Source: an uncultured Chloroflexia bacterium
GTDB lineage: Bacteria; Chloroflexota; UBA6077; JACCZL01
Assembly: GCA_963765765.1 (NCBI GenBank)
Contig: CAVXYC010000016.1
Coordinates: forward strand, 14,151 to 78,150
Length of the DNA stretch: 64,000 nt
Direction: 5' to 3'
Each line of letters begins with the position of its first letter. The stretch's first letter is position 1. This document shows, one piece after another, positions 33,939 to 45,416 of the stretch. The position numbers and the translations under genes were made by a program. The notes under the pieces are model-generated. The model had not been told where the DNA came from. It saw only the letters and a program-made list of their open reading frames with translations, and did not search any database.

Positions 33939-34045
33939 GAATGAAGAATGAGCAATTAAGAATTAAGAATGACTCGGGCTACGGTGAGTCTAGAGAGATT
34001 TCCAGCTCCGCTCATTCTGCATTCTTAATTCTTCATGCTTCATTC
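33939..34045. repeat. Inverted heptamer tandem repeats
   Basis: GAAGAAT-GAGCAAT-TAAGAAT-TAAGAAT ... ATTCTGC-ATTCTTA-ATTCTTC-ATGCTTC. Confidence 0.8.
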
Positions 34046-34065
34046 GTCGGAGCGGCGGACTAGCG

Positions 34066-35870
34066 TTGCGTCCTCTCCTTCGTCTTCTCCGATATCTCCG
34101 CAGCTACCGCCTCATCACCATTGGGGCGTACATTTGCCTCCTGGCCAACGCCGGGCTAACCCTGATCGTACCGGCGCTTATTGGCAAGGCGGTGGACGAA
34201 GGTATTGCACAGGGCGACTTGACCGCGGTGGCGCACTTCAGTTGGCTCATTGTGTGGGTCAGTGCGTTGCGCGGGCTCTCGGCGTTCGGCCAGGGCGCGC
34301 TAGCCGAGGCATCCGCGCAGGGTGTGAGCTACCAGCTTCGTAAGGTGCTCTACGCCCACGTCCAGCGACTCTCGTTCAGCTTTCACGATCAAGCTCAAAC
34401 GGGCGAGCTCATGGCACGCGCCACGTCCGATGTGGAAGCGGTGCGCAACTTCACCGGCCGCGGCTTGCTGCACACCATCCAGCTTGTGCTGCTGCTTGTG
34501 GGCGTCTGCGTTGCACTCTTCAGCATTCAATGGCAGCTTGCCCTGCTCTCGGTCCTGGTGCTTCCCGCGCTCGCATGGCGGACGGAGCGCTTCAGCCGAC
34601 GCATCCGGCCTATGCACCGCGCCGTTCAGAACGAGCTGGCCGCGCTGGCCACGCTGATCCAGGAGAACATCGCCGGTATTCGCGTGGTGAAGGGCTTCGG
34701 CCGCGAGCAGTACGAGATCGATAAGTTCGAGCGACAGAACCGGACCCTGTACGACCGTTACCTGGCGGCCACGCGTGAGATGTCGCTCAACGGCCCCGGC
34801 CTCGATCTGCTTTCGAATATCAGCACGCTGCTCATGTTGTGGTTCGGTGGCGTGTTGGTGATGTCCGGCCAGCTCACATTTGGCGAGCTCATTGCCTTCT
34901 ATACCTATCTCCTGCAGCTCGTCCTGCCGATCCGCCGCGGCGGATGGCTTGTCGCCATGGGCTCACGCGCTTCGGCCTCAGCGGACCGCATCTTTGAGAT
35001 CCTGGACACTCCAGTGGATGTGCAAGACAAGCCTGACGCCGTTCCAGTGCCGGCAATCACCGGTCGTGTGGAATTCCAGGACGTCTCGTGCGCGTACTTC
35101 CCCGGACGGCCGGTGCTGGAGCATGTCAACCTGACGGTCGAGCCCGGGCAGACGCTGGCGCTGGTGGGCGGCACGGGCTCCGGCAAGACAACGGTGGCCA
35201 ATCTCATCCCGCGCTTCTACGACGTCTCGTCCGGCCGCGTCTTGATCGATGGTCTCGACGTGCGCGACGTGCAGCTTCAGTCTCTGCGGCGCCAGATTGG
35301 GATCGTCCAGCAGGAGACGCGCCTTTTCGCCATCTCGATTCGCGAGAACATCGCGTTTGGCGTCCCGGATGCCACCGATGCCCAGATCCGCGCGGCCGCG
35401 CGCGCTGCCCGAGCGGATGAGTTCATCGAGCAGCTTCCGGATGGCTACGCCACGATACTGGAAGAACGAGGCACCGGGCTTTCCGGCGGTCAGCGGCAGC
35501 GCATTGCCATTGCTCGAGCGCTGTTGCTCGACCCGCGTATTCTCATTCTCGATGAATTCACCTCCAGCGTAGACCTGGCTACCGAGCGCCTCATCCGCGA
35601 GGCGCTTCTGCACTGATGCAGCATCGAACGACGTTCGTTATTGCCCATCGAGTCGCCACCGTGCGTACGGCCGATCAGATCCTGGTGATGGACGCCGGCC
35701 AAATCGTAGCCCGCGGCACCCATCAGCAGCTCATCGAATCGAGCCAGGAATATCGGGAGGTCTACGCCGAGCAGCTCGAGAACGAGCGCACCGCGAGAGC
35801 GCCGCTCGAGACTGATACGGACGGGCCTGCCGATGAGGACGGAGATTTCATCGGGGGCCCTTCGTGGTTA
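34066..35870 (+). CDS. ABC exporter ATP-binding/permease subunit 1 (frameshift near 35610; 3' end uncertain)
   Basis: TM domain, [26 protein letters not shown] in next frame. Confidence 0.88.
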
Positions 35871-35905
35871 GGGTGGACAAGATGTCAACCTGGAACACCG
35901 TGGGG

Positions 35906-36014
35906 CGACCCCACCCCAGCCCTCCCCGCTGCGGCAGGGAGGGAGCCGGATTCTCGGGATTCCTTAGTTACCAGCCCCCTCCCTGCCGCAGCGGGGAGGG
36001 CTGGGGTGGGGTCG
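35906..36014. repeat. CCCTCCCC...GGGAGGGAG repeat doublet
   Basis: CGACCCCACCCCAGCCCTCCCCGCTGCGGCAGGGAGGG and its inverse. Confidence 0.8.
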
Positions 36015-36050
36015 TCCTCGCGTCGCAGTTAAAAGAGAAGAGCCGCATCC

Positions 36051-37871
36051 ATGTATGACGCCTGGAACAGCGGCCCGGGCTTGCGCGACCTTGGCGATGA
36101 AGAAGGCGCAATTTACAACCCTCAGGTAGCCAAGCGCGCCCTGGCCTACGCGAAGCCGTACAAGCGCCAGCTCTTCGTCACTCTGGCCCTCACGATCCTG
36201 GCGGCCGCGCTCAATCTGACAGCGCCGTATCTGGTGAAGATCGCGATCGACGAGCACATCGCGGTGGGCGATTTCCAGGGACTGACGGTCATCATCTTGC
36301 TGACGCTGGCAGTGTACGTCGGTCAGTATTTCGCCGTCTCGCGCGAGAGCGTCATCGTCGCACGGGTGGGCCAGCAAGTCATCAGTAAGATTCGCTCCGA
36401 CCTATTCCACCGTTTAGAGCGGCTATCCCCGGGTTACTACGACCGCGCCAAGGTGGGGGTTGTGGTCTCCCGAGTCATCAACGACGTCTCGGTCATGAAC
36501 GATCTGCTCACCAACGGGCTCATTACGCTTTTCGGCGACGTCTTCACTCTGTTTGCCACGATCGGAATCATGCTGGTCATGAGTCCCAAGCTGGCGCTGG
36601 TGACGTTCGCGGTGATGCCGGTAATGGCGATCGCCGTGGCCATTTTTAGCGCCCACGCCAAGGTGGCATACCGCAATACGCGACACAGGATTGCCGCGGT
36701 GACGGCCGATTTCGCGGAGGCCATTGCCGGCGCACGCGTCGTGCAGGCATTCAGCCGCGAAGACGTGAGCCAGGCCAATTTCGATCGCTTGAATGACGCC
36801 AATCGTCGGGCTCACATCCACGCCAACACGCTCTCCTCGGGGCTGATGCCGATAGTCGAGTTCACCAATGCACTCGCCATTGTCGCGGTCATCTGGTACG
36901 GCGGCGCTCTGGTACTGGGAGAAGAGGTGACGCTGGGCGTGCTGGTGGCATTCCTTACTTACATCTCGCGCTTCTTTCAACCAATTCGTGAGCTCACGCA
37001 GTTCTACAACCAGCTCCAGTCGGCTACTGCCGGGGGCGAGCGAGTCTTTGAGCTCATGGATGAGCCGGTCACCGTGAGTGAGCGGCCGAACGCCGTGTCG
37101 CTGGAGCAGGTGCGTGGCGAGGTCGACTTCGACGACGTCTGGTTCGCTTACGATGAGCGGCCGGTGCTGCGCGATATCGACATTCATGCCGATCCCGGGC
37201 AGATGATTGCACTGGTGGGACATACCGGCGCCGGCAAGACCACCGTAGCAAGCTTATTGGCGCGCTTCTACGATCCGACCCGCGGCGCAATCCGCCTGGA
37301 CGGCCATGACCTGCGTGATCTCTCAATGGCGACGTTGCGGAGCAACGTGGCGGTGGTGCTGCAGGATAATTTTCTGTTCGCGGGAACGATCGCCGACAAC
37401 ATTCGCTACGGGAAGCTGGATGCGAGCGACGCCGAGGTAGAGCAGGCGGCACGCATCGCCCACGCGGACGAATTCATCCAGCGCCTGCCAGACGGTTATC
37501 GGACACTGGTGATGGAGAGCGCCGCGAATCTCTCCCTGGGTCAGCGTCAGCTCATCGCGATCGCTCGAGCCGTCCTGGCAGATCCCAGGGTGCTCATCCT
37601 TGACGAGGCCACCTCTAGCGTGGACCCGCGGACCGAGGCGCGGCTTCAGAAAGCACTCCAGGCGCTGTTGAAGGGCCGCACTTCATTCGTCATCGCTCAC
37701 CGACTGCCCACGATTCGGGCCGCCGACAGCGTGTTGGTCATCGACGAAGGACAGATCGTCGAGCGTGGAAATCACGAAGAGCTCCTCGCCCGGCGAGGCG
37801 CCTACTGGAAGCTGCATCAACAGCAGTTCGAAGTAGCGCCGGCAGAGGACGCGACTCCGGTCCGATCATAG
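36051..37871 (+). CDS. ABC exporter ATP-binding/permease subunit 2 (heterodimer partner)
   Basis: GHTGAGKT, degenerate signature LSLGQRQ, LDEATSSVD, IAHR. Confidence 0.92.
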   Translation: MYDAWNSGPGLRDLGDEEGAIYNPQVAKRALAYAKPYKRQLFVTLALTILAAALNLTAPYLVKIAIDEHIAVGDFQGLTVIILLTLAVYVGQYFAVSRESVIVARVGQQVISKIRSDLFHRLERLSPGYYDRAKVGVVVSRVINDVSVMNDLLTNGLITLFGDVFTLFATIGIMLVMSPKLALVTFAVMPVMAIAVAIFSAHAKVAYRNTRHRIAAVTADFAEAIAGARVVQAFSREDVSQANFDRLNDANRRAHIHANTLSSGLMPIVEFTNALAIVAVIWYGGALVLGEEVTLGVLVAFLTYISRFFQPIRELTQFYNQLQSATAGGERVFELMDEPVTVSERPNAVSLEQVRGEVDFDDVWFAYDERPVLRDIDIHADPGQMIALVGHTGAGKTTVASLLARFYDPTRGAIRLDGHDLRDLSMATLRSNVAVVLQDNFLFAGTIADNIRYGKLDASDAEVEQAARIAHADEFIQRLPDGYRTLVMESAANLSLGQRQLIAIARAVLADPRVLILDEATSSVDPRTEARLQKALQALLKGRTSFVIAHRLPTIRAADSVLVIDEGQIVERGNHEELLARRGAYWKLHQQQFEVAPAEDATPVRS

Positions 37872-37950
37872 GAGTGCGGGAAGCCCGCCCCTCCGTGCGC
37901 GCCTTCCGTGCCATCCCCCCAGACCACCGTGGGCGTTTCCTCCGACGATG

Positions 37951-38484
37951 TCAACGCTCCCGCATGCCCTGCCACCGACCATACGATTTGCGCTGGCGCT
38001 GAGCTGGGCATTTCGGACAGTCCTCGATCGATTCGTCCCTGCCGCGCTCTTTGGCTTTGTCGCGGTCGGTCGTTCCAGTTTGCTGGTTCGACATCTCGGT
38101 GACACGCCCGTTTTCCGCCACCGTCTGGTAGAAGCTCCTCAGCGGCCCGCTGGCGCTGCGTCCCAGGAGGACGATGGACCTGATGTCAGGTCGCCCGCGT
38201 AGATACTTGACCGCGAGGGCCACATCCGGGGCCTGGTCCTCGATCAGATTACGGACTGTTGTTCGTGCCCACAGTGTGTGGATTGGCGCACAGCACGGTG
38301 TAGCCGCGAGAGGCGAGATGCTGCTGGAGATATGCCCCAGATCGTTCGAGAGCGGATGCATCGAGAGCACGGCGGTACCGGTCCGCTCGTTTGGTGTGAC
38401 CGGCTGATAGAGCATGCCGGGCACGCGGGGGCCAAGCACGAGGTAGGTTGAGGTGAAGTCCTGTCGTGCGATCTCTGCCATCAT
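37951..38484 (-). pseudogene. Truncated alpha/beta hydrolase-like gene
   Basis: LASRGYTVLC, DVALAVKYLR..IVLLGRSASG nucleophile-elbow-like; frameshifted and short. Confidence 0.5.
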
Positions 38485-38520
38485 TCTCCCCGTGCTTCAG
38501 AAGTAAGAGCCGCTGAAGAA

Positions 38521-38627
38521 AACGTAGTGGCGTCCCTTTGCCCTTCACGGGCGCCACCTGGGTATCCGTAGCCGCGACCGGGAACTAAGATCTCCAAGTG
38601 GCGCCCGTAAAGGGACGCCACTACGTT
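38521..38627. repeat. GTAG-type REP doublet
   Basis: AACGTAGTGGCGTCCCTTT...ACGGGCGCCAC ... GTGGCGCCCGTAAAGGGACGCCACTACGTT. Confidence 0.75.
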
Positions 38628-38656
38628 AACTCACGCCTTCGCGAGTTGTTAGCGAT

Positions 38657-39763
38657 TCAGAGCCAGGGATTGACTGTTACGTGTACACCACCGGGCTCGC
38701 CCGTTCCGCCGGTCGTATGGATCGCCAGATCGACATCCTTCAGACCGAATTGGTGCGTGCACATGATGTCCAGCGGGTACTTCCCACCGGCGATGCGATT
38801 GATGGCAAGCTCGACGGATGCGTAGCTGTGGCCACGCGCACTCTTGAGCGTGATGTATTTGCGGGTCAGGCGATCGAGCGGGAACTGATCGATCTTGCCG
38901 TAGTAGCCCTGAGCCACATACACGCCGGCCTTACGAGTCATGATCTCGATGGCTTCGGTCATGATGGCTGCCGGCGCGCCGTTCGTTGTATCGACGATGA
39001 CGTCTACCCCATGGCCGTTGGTGATCTCGCGCATCTTGCTCGGCAGATCTTCCTTCTGGACGTCGATCGTGTGGTCAGCGCCGAGCTGCTTGGCGACCTC
39101 GAAGCGCTCGGCGTCTTTGGTCAAACCGGTGACGATGATCATGTCTGCGCCGGCGATCTTGGCAGCCAGCACGCAGCCGAGGCCCTGCTGGCCAGGACCC
39201 TGGATCCAGACGATCTTGCCTGGGCCTGCACCACCCTCGATGCACGCCCACTGAATACCGTTGCCAATAGGCAGCGCCAGCGCCGACTGATCATTTGGCA
39301 CGTGCTCGGGCATGTGGTGCAGCACTGCTTGAGGCGGCAGATAGGTGTACTGGCTGTAACCGCCCCACAGCGCGGGCGTGATTTTTGTGGTGGTTGACCC
39401 GTAGCGGAGCGCCTCGGAGTTTGCCGACGCGTCCGTGGCGAGACAGTGGCGGTATTCACCCGCCCGGCAATACTCGCAGTGAAGGCACGGAAGGTATTCC
39501 TCCACCGCCACCCGGTCACCTTCCTTCACACCCCAGATCCGCTCCGCAACGCGCCCAATCTTGTGGATGCGACCGACGTTCTCGTGGCCCATGATATTGG
39601 GCGTGTTGCGGTCCCCGTGGAACCCATGCACGTCGCTACCGCAGACGCCCGCCGCCTCGACCTTGAGAATCGCGCCATCCTCGGGCACGTCGGGCATCGG
39701 GAACTCCTGGAGCTCCATCTTCTCGTGGCCGATCTTTACCGCCGCGACTACTGTTTCTGCCAT
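38657..39763 (-). CDS. Zinc-binding (MDR) dehydrogenase
   Basis: GVCGSD, GHE, CLHCEYC...C structural Zn, GPGQQG. Confidence 0.92.
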   Translation of the reverse strand: MAETVVAAVKIGHEKMELQEFPMPDVPEDGAILKVEAAGVCGSDVHGFHGDRNTPNIMGHENVGRIHKIGRVAERIWGVKEGDRVAVEEYLPCLHCEYCRAGEYRHCLATDASANSEALRYGSTTTKITPALWGGYSQYTYLPPQAVLHHMPEHVPNDQSALALPIGNGIQWACIEGGAGPGKIVWIQGPGQQGLGCVLAAKIAGADMIIVTGLTKDAERFEVAKQLGADHTIDVQKEDLPSKMREITNGHGVDVIVDTTNGAPAAIMTEAIEIMTRKAGVYVAQGYYGKIDQFPLDRLTRKYITLKSARGHSYASVELAINRIAGGKYPLDIMCTHQFGLKDVDLAIHTTGGTGEPGGVHVTVNPWL

Positions 39764-39773
39764 TGGGGACTCC

Positions 39774-39838
39774 TAAGTGATGAGTGATGAGTGATGAGTC
39801 ATGAGTGGTCTTGTCCATCGCTCATGACTCATCACTTG
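39774..39838. repeat. Inverted heptamer tandem repeats
   Basis: AAGTGAT-GAGTGAT-GAGTGAT-GAGTCAT-GAG ... CTCATGACTCATCACTT. Confidence 0.75.
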
Positions 39839-39840
39839 GT

Positions 39841-40843
39841 CTAGAGGTCGAGGGTGCTCGGGGCGTAGATCTCCTCCAGGGAGACCCGCCGCTTGGTGAG
39901 ACCCTGTTCGTAAGAATAATCCGCCACCGTCTCAAGCGTCTTCAAATTGGACTTCACGCCGTAGGGATACGGATCGATGTCCAGGGCGCCAGCCTGTTCC
40001 GGCGGGATCAAGCCAAGGTTGACGTGCGTGGCGGCGAGCTCCTTCATACGCTTCTGGACGCCTTCTTTGGCCAGGCGGAAGGCATTGAATATGTTGAGCG
40101 CGACCCACGGGTTTTCTTCGAGAATGGAGCGCCGCACGACCATGCCGTGGTTGATGGGGAAGATTCCGGTTTTCTGGAAGTACCGCCGCCCCTCAGCCAC
40201 TGGATTGGGGAACAGTCTACGGACCTTTGGGTTGCCTTCAAACACGATCTTGGCGCGGTCTACGAGGTTGGAGTCCACGATGTACAGGAGAGCCGCGTCG
40301 AGCCGCCCTTCCATCATCATCGTGCCAATGTTCTCCTCGAGCCGGAATCCGATTGAACTTGAGTCCCTCCGGAGGCGTGAAATTCGTAGCGCCGCCGTGG
40401 CTGCGCTCCTCCGTCCGCTCCATCCACCACTCACAGTCCATCGGGTCCACGCCAAACTCATGGAGGTTGACGCCACGCGACCAGAGCGCGGCGGTCTGCT
40501 GATACTCGGGGACGCCGATGCGCTTGCCCTTGAGGTCCTCAGGCTTGTCGATGCCAGCATCCACTCGTACCCACTGTCCCGAGTGAAAGAATTGGCGGTT
40601 CGTGTAGATGGGCAGTCCGACCCACTCCTTACCGCCGTTGGCGATGTACATGAGCAGGGACGAGAGCGACATCTCGGAGATATCGAATTCAGAGAAATGA
40701 AGCTGGCGCCAGAAGATCTCGGACGGATGGGCGACGGTGGAGATTAGATCGATGCCATCCGGCTGAATCGATCCGTCAAGGACGGGGCGTGACCTGTCGT
40801 TGAGCCCCATGACCATGCTGAGCTGTAGTTTTGCCACTTGCAC
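39841..40843 (-). CDS. 4,5-dihydroxyphthalate decarboxylase-like (PBP-fold) protein (frameshift near 40340)
   Basis: FDISEMSLSS, DLKGKRIGVPEYQQTAALW.RG, TGIFPINH, DPYPYG motifs. Confidence 0.8.
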
Positions 40844-40914
40844 CTCCTCGTGCGCGCTGACCTATTACGTCAGTGGTTCGTTCCGCGTTCGCCGCGGCAC
40901 GGGTCCTAAGAATA

Positions 40915-40988
40915 AACCAGGGGAGCCTCTACGGACTCCCCTGCCTACCTCGCGGTCAGAGGGGAACCCGTGAGCGGCTCCCCTGGTT
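40915..40988. repeat. Intergenic palindromic element
   Basis: AACCAGGGGAGCC ... GGCTCCCCTGGTT. Confidence 0.65.
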
Positions 40989-41019
40989 GCCGTATCTCAC
41001 GGAGTATCGGACGGGCTGA

Positions 41020-42279
41020 CTAGAAGACCGCCTCGACCTCGCGTGCGAGCTGCGTCTCGTGCCACGGCACATCGTCAGGCAGAAGCATCTCCGCGGGCCG
41101 CACGTTGGCGCCCTGACCCTGGCTGCCGATCGGGTCCTTGCCTTCCTGCACGTCCCGCGCTGCCTGAACCAGCAGTCGGCGCATGAAGATGATGGCCGTA
41201 TCCGCAGCGCCGAGCTTCTCCTTGGTGCGATCGAAGATGTGGCCCATCGTCTCCTGCAGCGCCGCGTCCTGGGTATTGACGCCGCGGATGCCGACGAAGA
41301 GCTCGTTCTTCTCGACTTCGCGATCCAGGAACCAGTCATTGCTGCGGTTCGCCTTGAGGTTGAACGTGCCCGGGATGAAGTCCTGCACACCGCGGCCGGA
41401 CTCGTGCTCGTGCACCTGCCAGTCCTCGTACGAAAGCGGCTGATCCTTGTTGCACTTGTAGTTGTAAACGTAGCTCGTGTTGTCGTCTCGTGGCACCCAG
41501 ATGTGGCCATTCATGGCCCGGTTGCCTTCCTGCTCATAATCCGACGCGCGGATCTGATAGAAGGGCATGATGTACTGGTAAAGCCGCACGTAGTTCTGGC
41601 GATCCTGAGGCAGGTTCCTCACACTCGCGTACATATAGCCGTAGTCTGTCGTGAGCACTTCGATGCGCGGATGCGTGGAGCGAGCCCGTGGATTGGCCAG
41701 GCCCCTCTTGCTCAGGCGGCGGTGCAGGAATGACGAGTGTGACGTGTCCAGTCCCCCCTCGAGCGCCTGGACGTAGTTACAGTCCTGGTATGTCTTGGAG
41801 ACTCGGCACCAGCCCTCTGGCGCTCGCATCCACTCGAGGTTCGGGGGCGGCGGTTGCTTCTCGCGCGGACCCATATAGGTATAGACGATGCCCGCGAGGA
41901 CAACCGTGGGATACGCGGTCACCTTCACCTTGTGTTTGAAGTTCGACTCTGGAGGCTCGTTGGGCATGTCGACGCACGTGCCGTCGGCATTGAACTTCCA
42001 GCCGTGGTACACGCAGCGGAGACCTTCCTCCTCATTGCGACCGAAGAACAGCGAAGCACCACGGTGCGGGCAGTTCTCAGCGACCAGGCCGATCGTGCCA
42101 GCCGTGTCCTTGAACGCGACAAGGTCCTCACCGAGCAGCCGTACACGAACGGGAGCGCTGTCAGGCTCGGGCAGCTCAGATTCGAGTAGCGCCGGCATCC
42201 AGTAGCGGCGAAGCGCCTCGCCCATTGGTGTCCCCGGACCAACCCGGGTGATCAGCTCATTCTGTTCCTTGTTCAGCAA
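41020..42279 (-). CDS. Rieske non-heme iron oxygenase, phthalate 4,5-dioxygenase/LigXa-like
   Basis: TRVGPGTPMG..RRYW, CPHRG...CVYHGW Rieske, EGGLDTSHSSFLH iron site. Confidence 0.92.
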   Translation of the reverse strand: MLNKEQNELITRVGPGTPMGEALRRYWMPALLESELPEPDSAPVRVRLLGEDLVAFKDTAGTIGLVAENCPHRGASLFFGRNEEEGLRCVYHGWKFNADGTCVDMPNEPPESNFKHKVKVTAYPTVVLAGIVYTYMGPREKQPPPPNLEWMRAPEGWCRVSKTYQDCNYVQALEGGLDTSHSSFLHRRLSKRGLANPRARSTHPRIEVLTTDYGYMYASVRNLPQDRQNYVRLYQYIMPFYQIRASDYEQEGNRAMNGHIWVPRDDNTSYVYNYKCNKDQPLSYEDWQVHEHESGRGVQDFIPGTFNLKANRSNDWFLDREVEKNELFVGIRGVNTQDAALQETMGHIFDRTKEKLGAADTAIIFMRRLLVQAARDVQEGKDPIGSQGQGANVRPAEMLLPDDVPWHETQLAREVEAVF

Positions 42280-42419
42280 GAGGCACCTCCTTCAAGTCCT
42301 GCAAATCTGCGTCGTCGTTCAATCAGGCGTTCTATCCCGCGCCACACTGACTCGATCATACGCTCGTAAAGCGCAATTCGGCCAGTGGATAGGTAATGTA
42401 AGGCCATGTGAGATGGATC

Positions 42420-43691
42420 GCGTATGTCAGAGTGTACGTCCGCCCACGAGCACCGTCAAATGGCTGATGTGCTGAAGTGCTTGGAAGCTAGCATCGAGGA
42501 ACTGGAGCGCCGCCGGGAGAAAGGCGGTCCGCGCGGGATGCAAGGCCTGAAACCGTCGCCAGCAACGGGGCGGCCACGCCAGAGCGCAGAAAACAAAGGG
42601 CGCAGGGAGTGGCAAGGGGGCGGGAGACGCAGACAGAGACGGTAGATCATGCTCTGGATAGGTGTAAAGACTGCGGCACCATGCTCAATGGCGGATGGGT
42701 GAAACGCAAAGGGAAGTACTGGAGATCACCCCGAGGAAGGCCCGCGTCATAGAGCACCGCTTTCTAGAGCGCGAATGCGCGCTCTGTGGGACGCGCGAGA
42801 ACTCTGCGGTGGACATAGGAGAGCGGGTGCTAGGTAGTAAACGGCTGGGCATAGGCTTGATCAGTCTGATAGTCACGCTGCGCGAAGTAGGCAGTCTAAA
42901 GGTGCGGAACATAGAGGCCTATCTGGAGAAGGTACATCAGCTGCATCTGAGTGTAGGCGCAATTACAGCAGCCAGTCAGCGCGTGGCTCTGGCAGCAGCG
43001 GAAGAGGTGACGGCCATCAGTGATCAGATCAGCGCGAGTGCGGCGGTCATGCGGATGAGAGCGGCTGGCGCACCGCGGGGCGCAATGGCTACATCTGGAC
43101 CTTCAGCACGCAGCACGCGCGCTACTTACTACACGGGCGCAGCACCAAGGATATGGTTGATAAGGCGCTGGGGAAGGCGTTAGACGGCGTGCTGTGCAGT
43201 GACTTCTACGCAGCGTACACGCATTACGAGGGACTCAAGCAACGCTGTTGGGCGCATCTGCTGCGGGAGATACATGACATACAGCAGATCTTCACGGAAG
43301 ATGCCTCGCTCGGAACCTGGGCCGCGGCGGTACACGCGCTGTTCCTGGAAGCTCGCGACACGGTGTGTACAACGGCGGAGCGACGCGCACAGGCCGCCGC
43401 GGCGTACCGGCGGCGCCTGCTCAATCTCGTGCGACCCGTCGTGGCCGACCAGATGCGACGGCACGGCAGCTGAGAGAGCGCCTAGAGCGTTTCATTGGGG
43501 ACCTGTTAGTGTTAGTGACGGAGAGCGGCGTTGCCACGACCAACAATCTGGCGGAGCGCGGCCTGCGGCCGCTGGTCACGCGGCGGAAGATCAGTGGCGG
43601 GAGCCGGTCCGCGGAGAGGACCGAGGCCACGATGGTGCTGGCGAGTCTCTTCGGCACCTGGCAGCTCCAGGCCCAGAACCCGTGCACCTGA
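42420..43691 (+). mobile_element. IS66-family transposase (multiple frameshifts)
   Basis: ADESGW-like, CSDFYAAY, QRCWAHLLR, TNNLAERGLRP.V..RKISGG motifs; ends not resolved. Confidence 0.8.
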
Positions 43692-45217
43692 AACTTGTGC
43701 ACAGGCCGTGGCTGGACGGGACCGGAGTGATGGGTGATGGGAGGAGTCGTGGCTGAGCGGTAATGCCCGACACTGCCGGAGAGATCAGCAATGGCCCTTC
43801 CGGGAAAGCTCACCACGCATCCCGGAAGGGCGCTGAAAGGACCGCCGACCATGGACAGGTCAGCCCTTCCCCCCGCTATTGTTGCACCCATCGATACCTT
43901 CGTGCGCGACCTCATTGCTTGGGCCACCCAGCATCGCGATGCCGATCTCGCCATGATCGAAACGGTGGTGCGCGACCATCTGCGCGCGCTGGCACCGCAG
44001 CTCGTCGGCGGGATGATCAGCGTCACCCAACGCAGCCTCGATCCCGGCCAGCAACGCGATCGGCCCGGTGCCCGGAGTGCGGCGCGCTTGGGCGCGTGCG
44101 CGGCTGGCGGCGACGGCAGTTGCAGACCACCTGTGGACCGATCCAGTGGGAGCGGCCCTGGGCTCAGTGCTCGGCCTGCCGGGCAGTGCTGGAGTCCGAC
44201 CGATCGCACGCTCGGCGTGCCGCCGCAGCAACGCAGCAGCACCAGCCTCCAGGCATGGCTGGTGTCCCTGGGCACGCTGCTGCCCTTCGCCACGGCCGGT
44301 GCGCAGCTCGCCACGTTGACCGGCGTGCGGGTGAGTGCCGAGACGCTGCGCCGCCTCACCGAAGCCGCCGGCCAGGCGCTCGACGCCCAGCTCCAGGAGG
44401 ACGCCGCCACGGTGGACCGGACCAAGGGCCCGTCGGCCCAGTCGATCCGGCTCGGACGAGCTGGTGGCGGAGACCGATGGCGTGCTGGTGCGCTATCGAG
44501 ACGGGTGGCATGAGGTGAAACTGGCGGTGGTGGGCGGGTGGAACGCGGACCTGCCGCGCGAGCAGCAGCGCCTGCGTGCGCCGAGCTACGTAGCGGCGCG
44601 CGCCGGACGGGATGCATGGGGTCGGCGCTGGGGCGCGGAGGTGGCGCGGCGGCGGGGTGGAGGAAGTCAGCTACGCGGGCAGTGGCGTCAGCCCGGGCAT
44701 CGCCACGCTGCGGCGGGTGCTGGTGCTGGGGGACGGGGCGCGCTGGATCTGGACCGCCGCGGCGGAGCACTTCGGGGAGCGGATCGAGATCGTTGACTGG
44801 TACCACGCCAGTGAGCACCTCGGACGGTGGCGCGGGCGGTCTACGGCGAGGGGACGACGGCGGCGACGGCCTGGGCGGAGGCGAGTCCACGGTGCTGTAC
44901 GAGCAGGGCGCCGCGCGGTTCCTGGAGCGCCTGCACGATCTGACGCCCGCGACGGAGGCAGCCGGGCGACGGTGGCCACCGAGCGCGGGTACTTCCAGAC
45001 CAATCGGGCACGGATGGCCTACCCGGCGTTTCGGGCCGCCGGCTATCCGATCGGCTCGGGCGCGGTGGAATCGAGCGCGAAGCATGTCATCCAGCAGCGG
45101 ATGAAGCGTGCCGGCTGCCGCTGGTCCGAGCGCGGCGGGCAGGCGCTGGCCGTCTTGTGTGCCCACCATGCCACCGCCACCGCCGCATAACCAAATACCC
45201 TCAAGTTTTGGGTGCAC
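43682..45217 (+). mobile_element. ISKra4/UPF0236-type (IS256 superfamily) element (frameshifted)
   Basis: ETDG, WHEVK, LGDGARWIW, DWYHASEHL, PIGSGAVES, RMKRAGCRWS; TIRs GTGCACCTGAAACTTG / CAAGTTTTGGGTGCAC. Confidence 0.85.
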
Positions 45218-45416
45218 CCATGTGCGTTGTGGGTGGCCGAGCCTCATCTAATACTGGCAAATAATACTGGCAAAGAGTCACCGATCTGCAGCATGATGAA
45301 ACGCGTACTGTGTCCAACGATATGCGACGATTTTCGCGTACATATGGAACGTGTTGCTTCGGTATGAAGCGAAAGTATCGAAATAGCGGACCTTTTCGGA
45401 GTAGAGGTAGAGGAGC

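Noticed and set aside
35611-35620. TGA in the ABC transporter as a second Sec codon
   Set aside because: Homology resumes in a different frame, so it is an indel; no redox motif
35870-36032. C-terminal extension of ABC subunit 1 through the repeat doublet
   Set aside because: It is translated repeat sequence; more likely caused by an indel hiding the true stop near 35868
43421-45247. 608-aa minus-strand ORF and other long antisense ORFs
   Set aside because: Shadow ORFs of GC-rich genes; no motifs, and the opposite strand carries the recognisable gene
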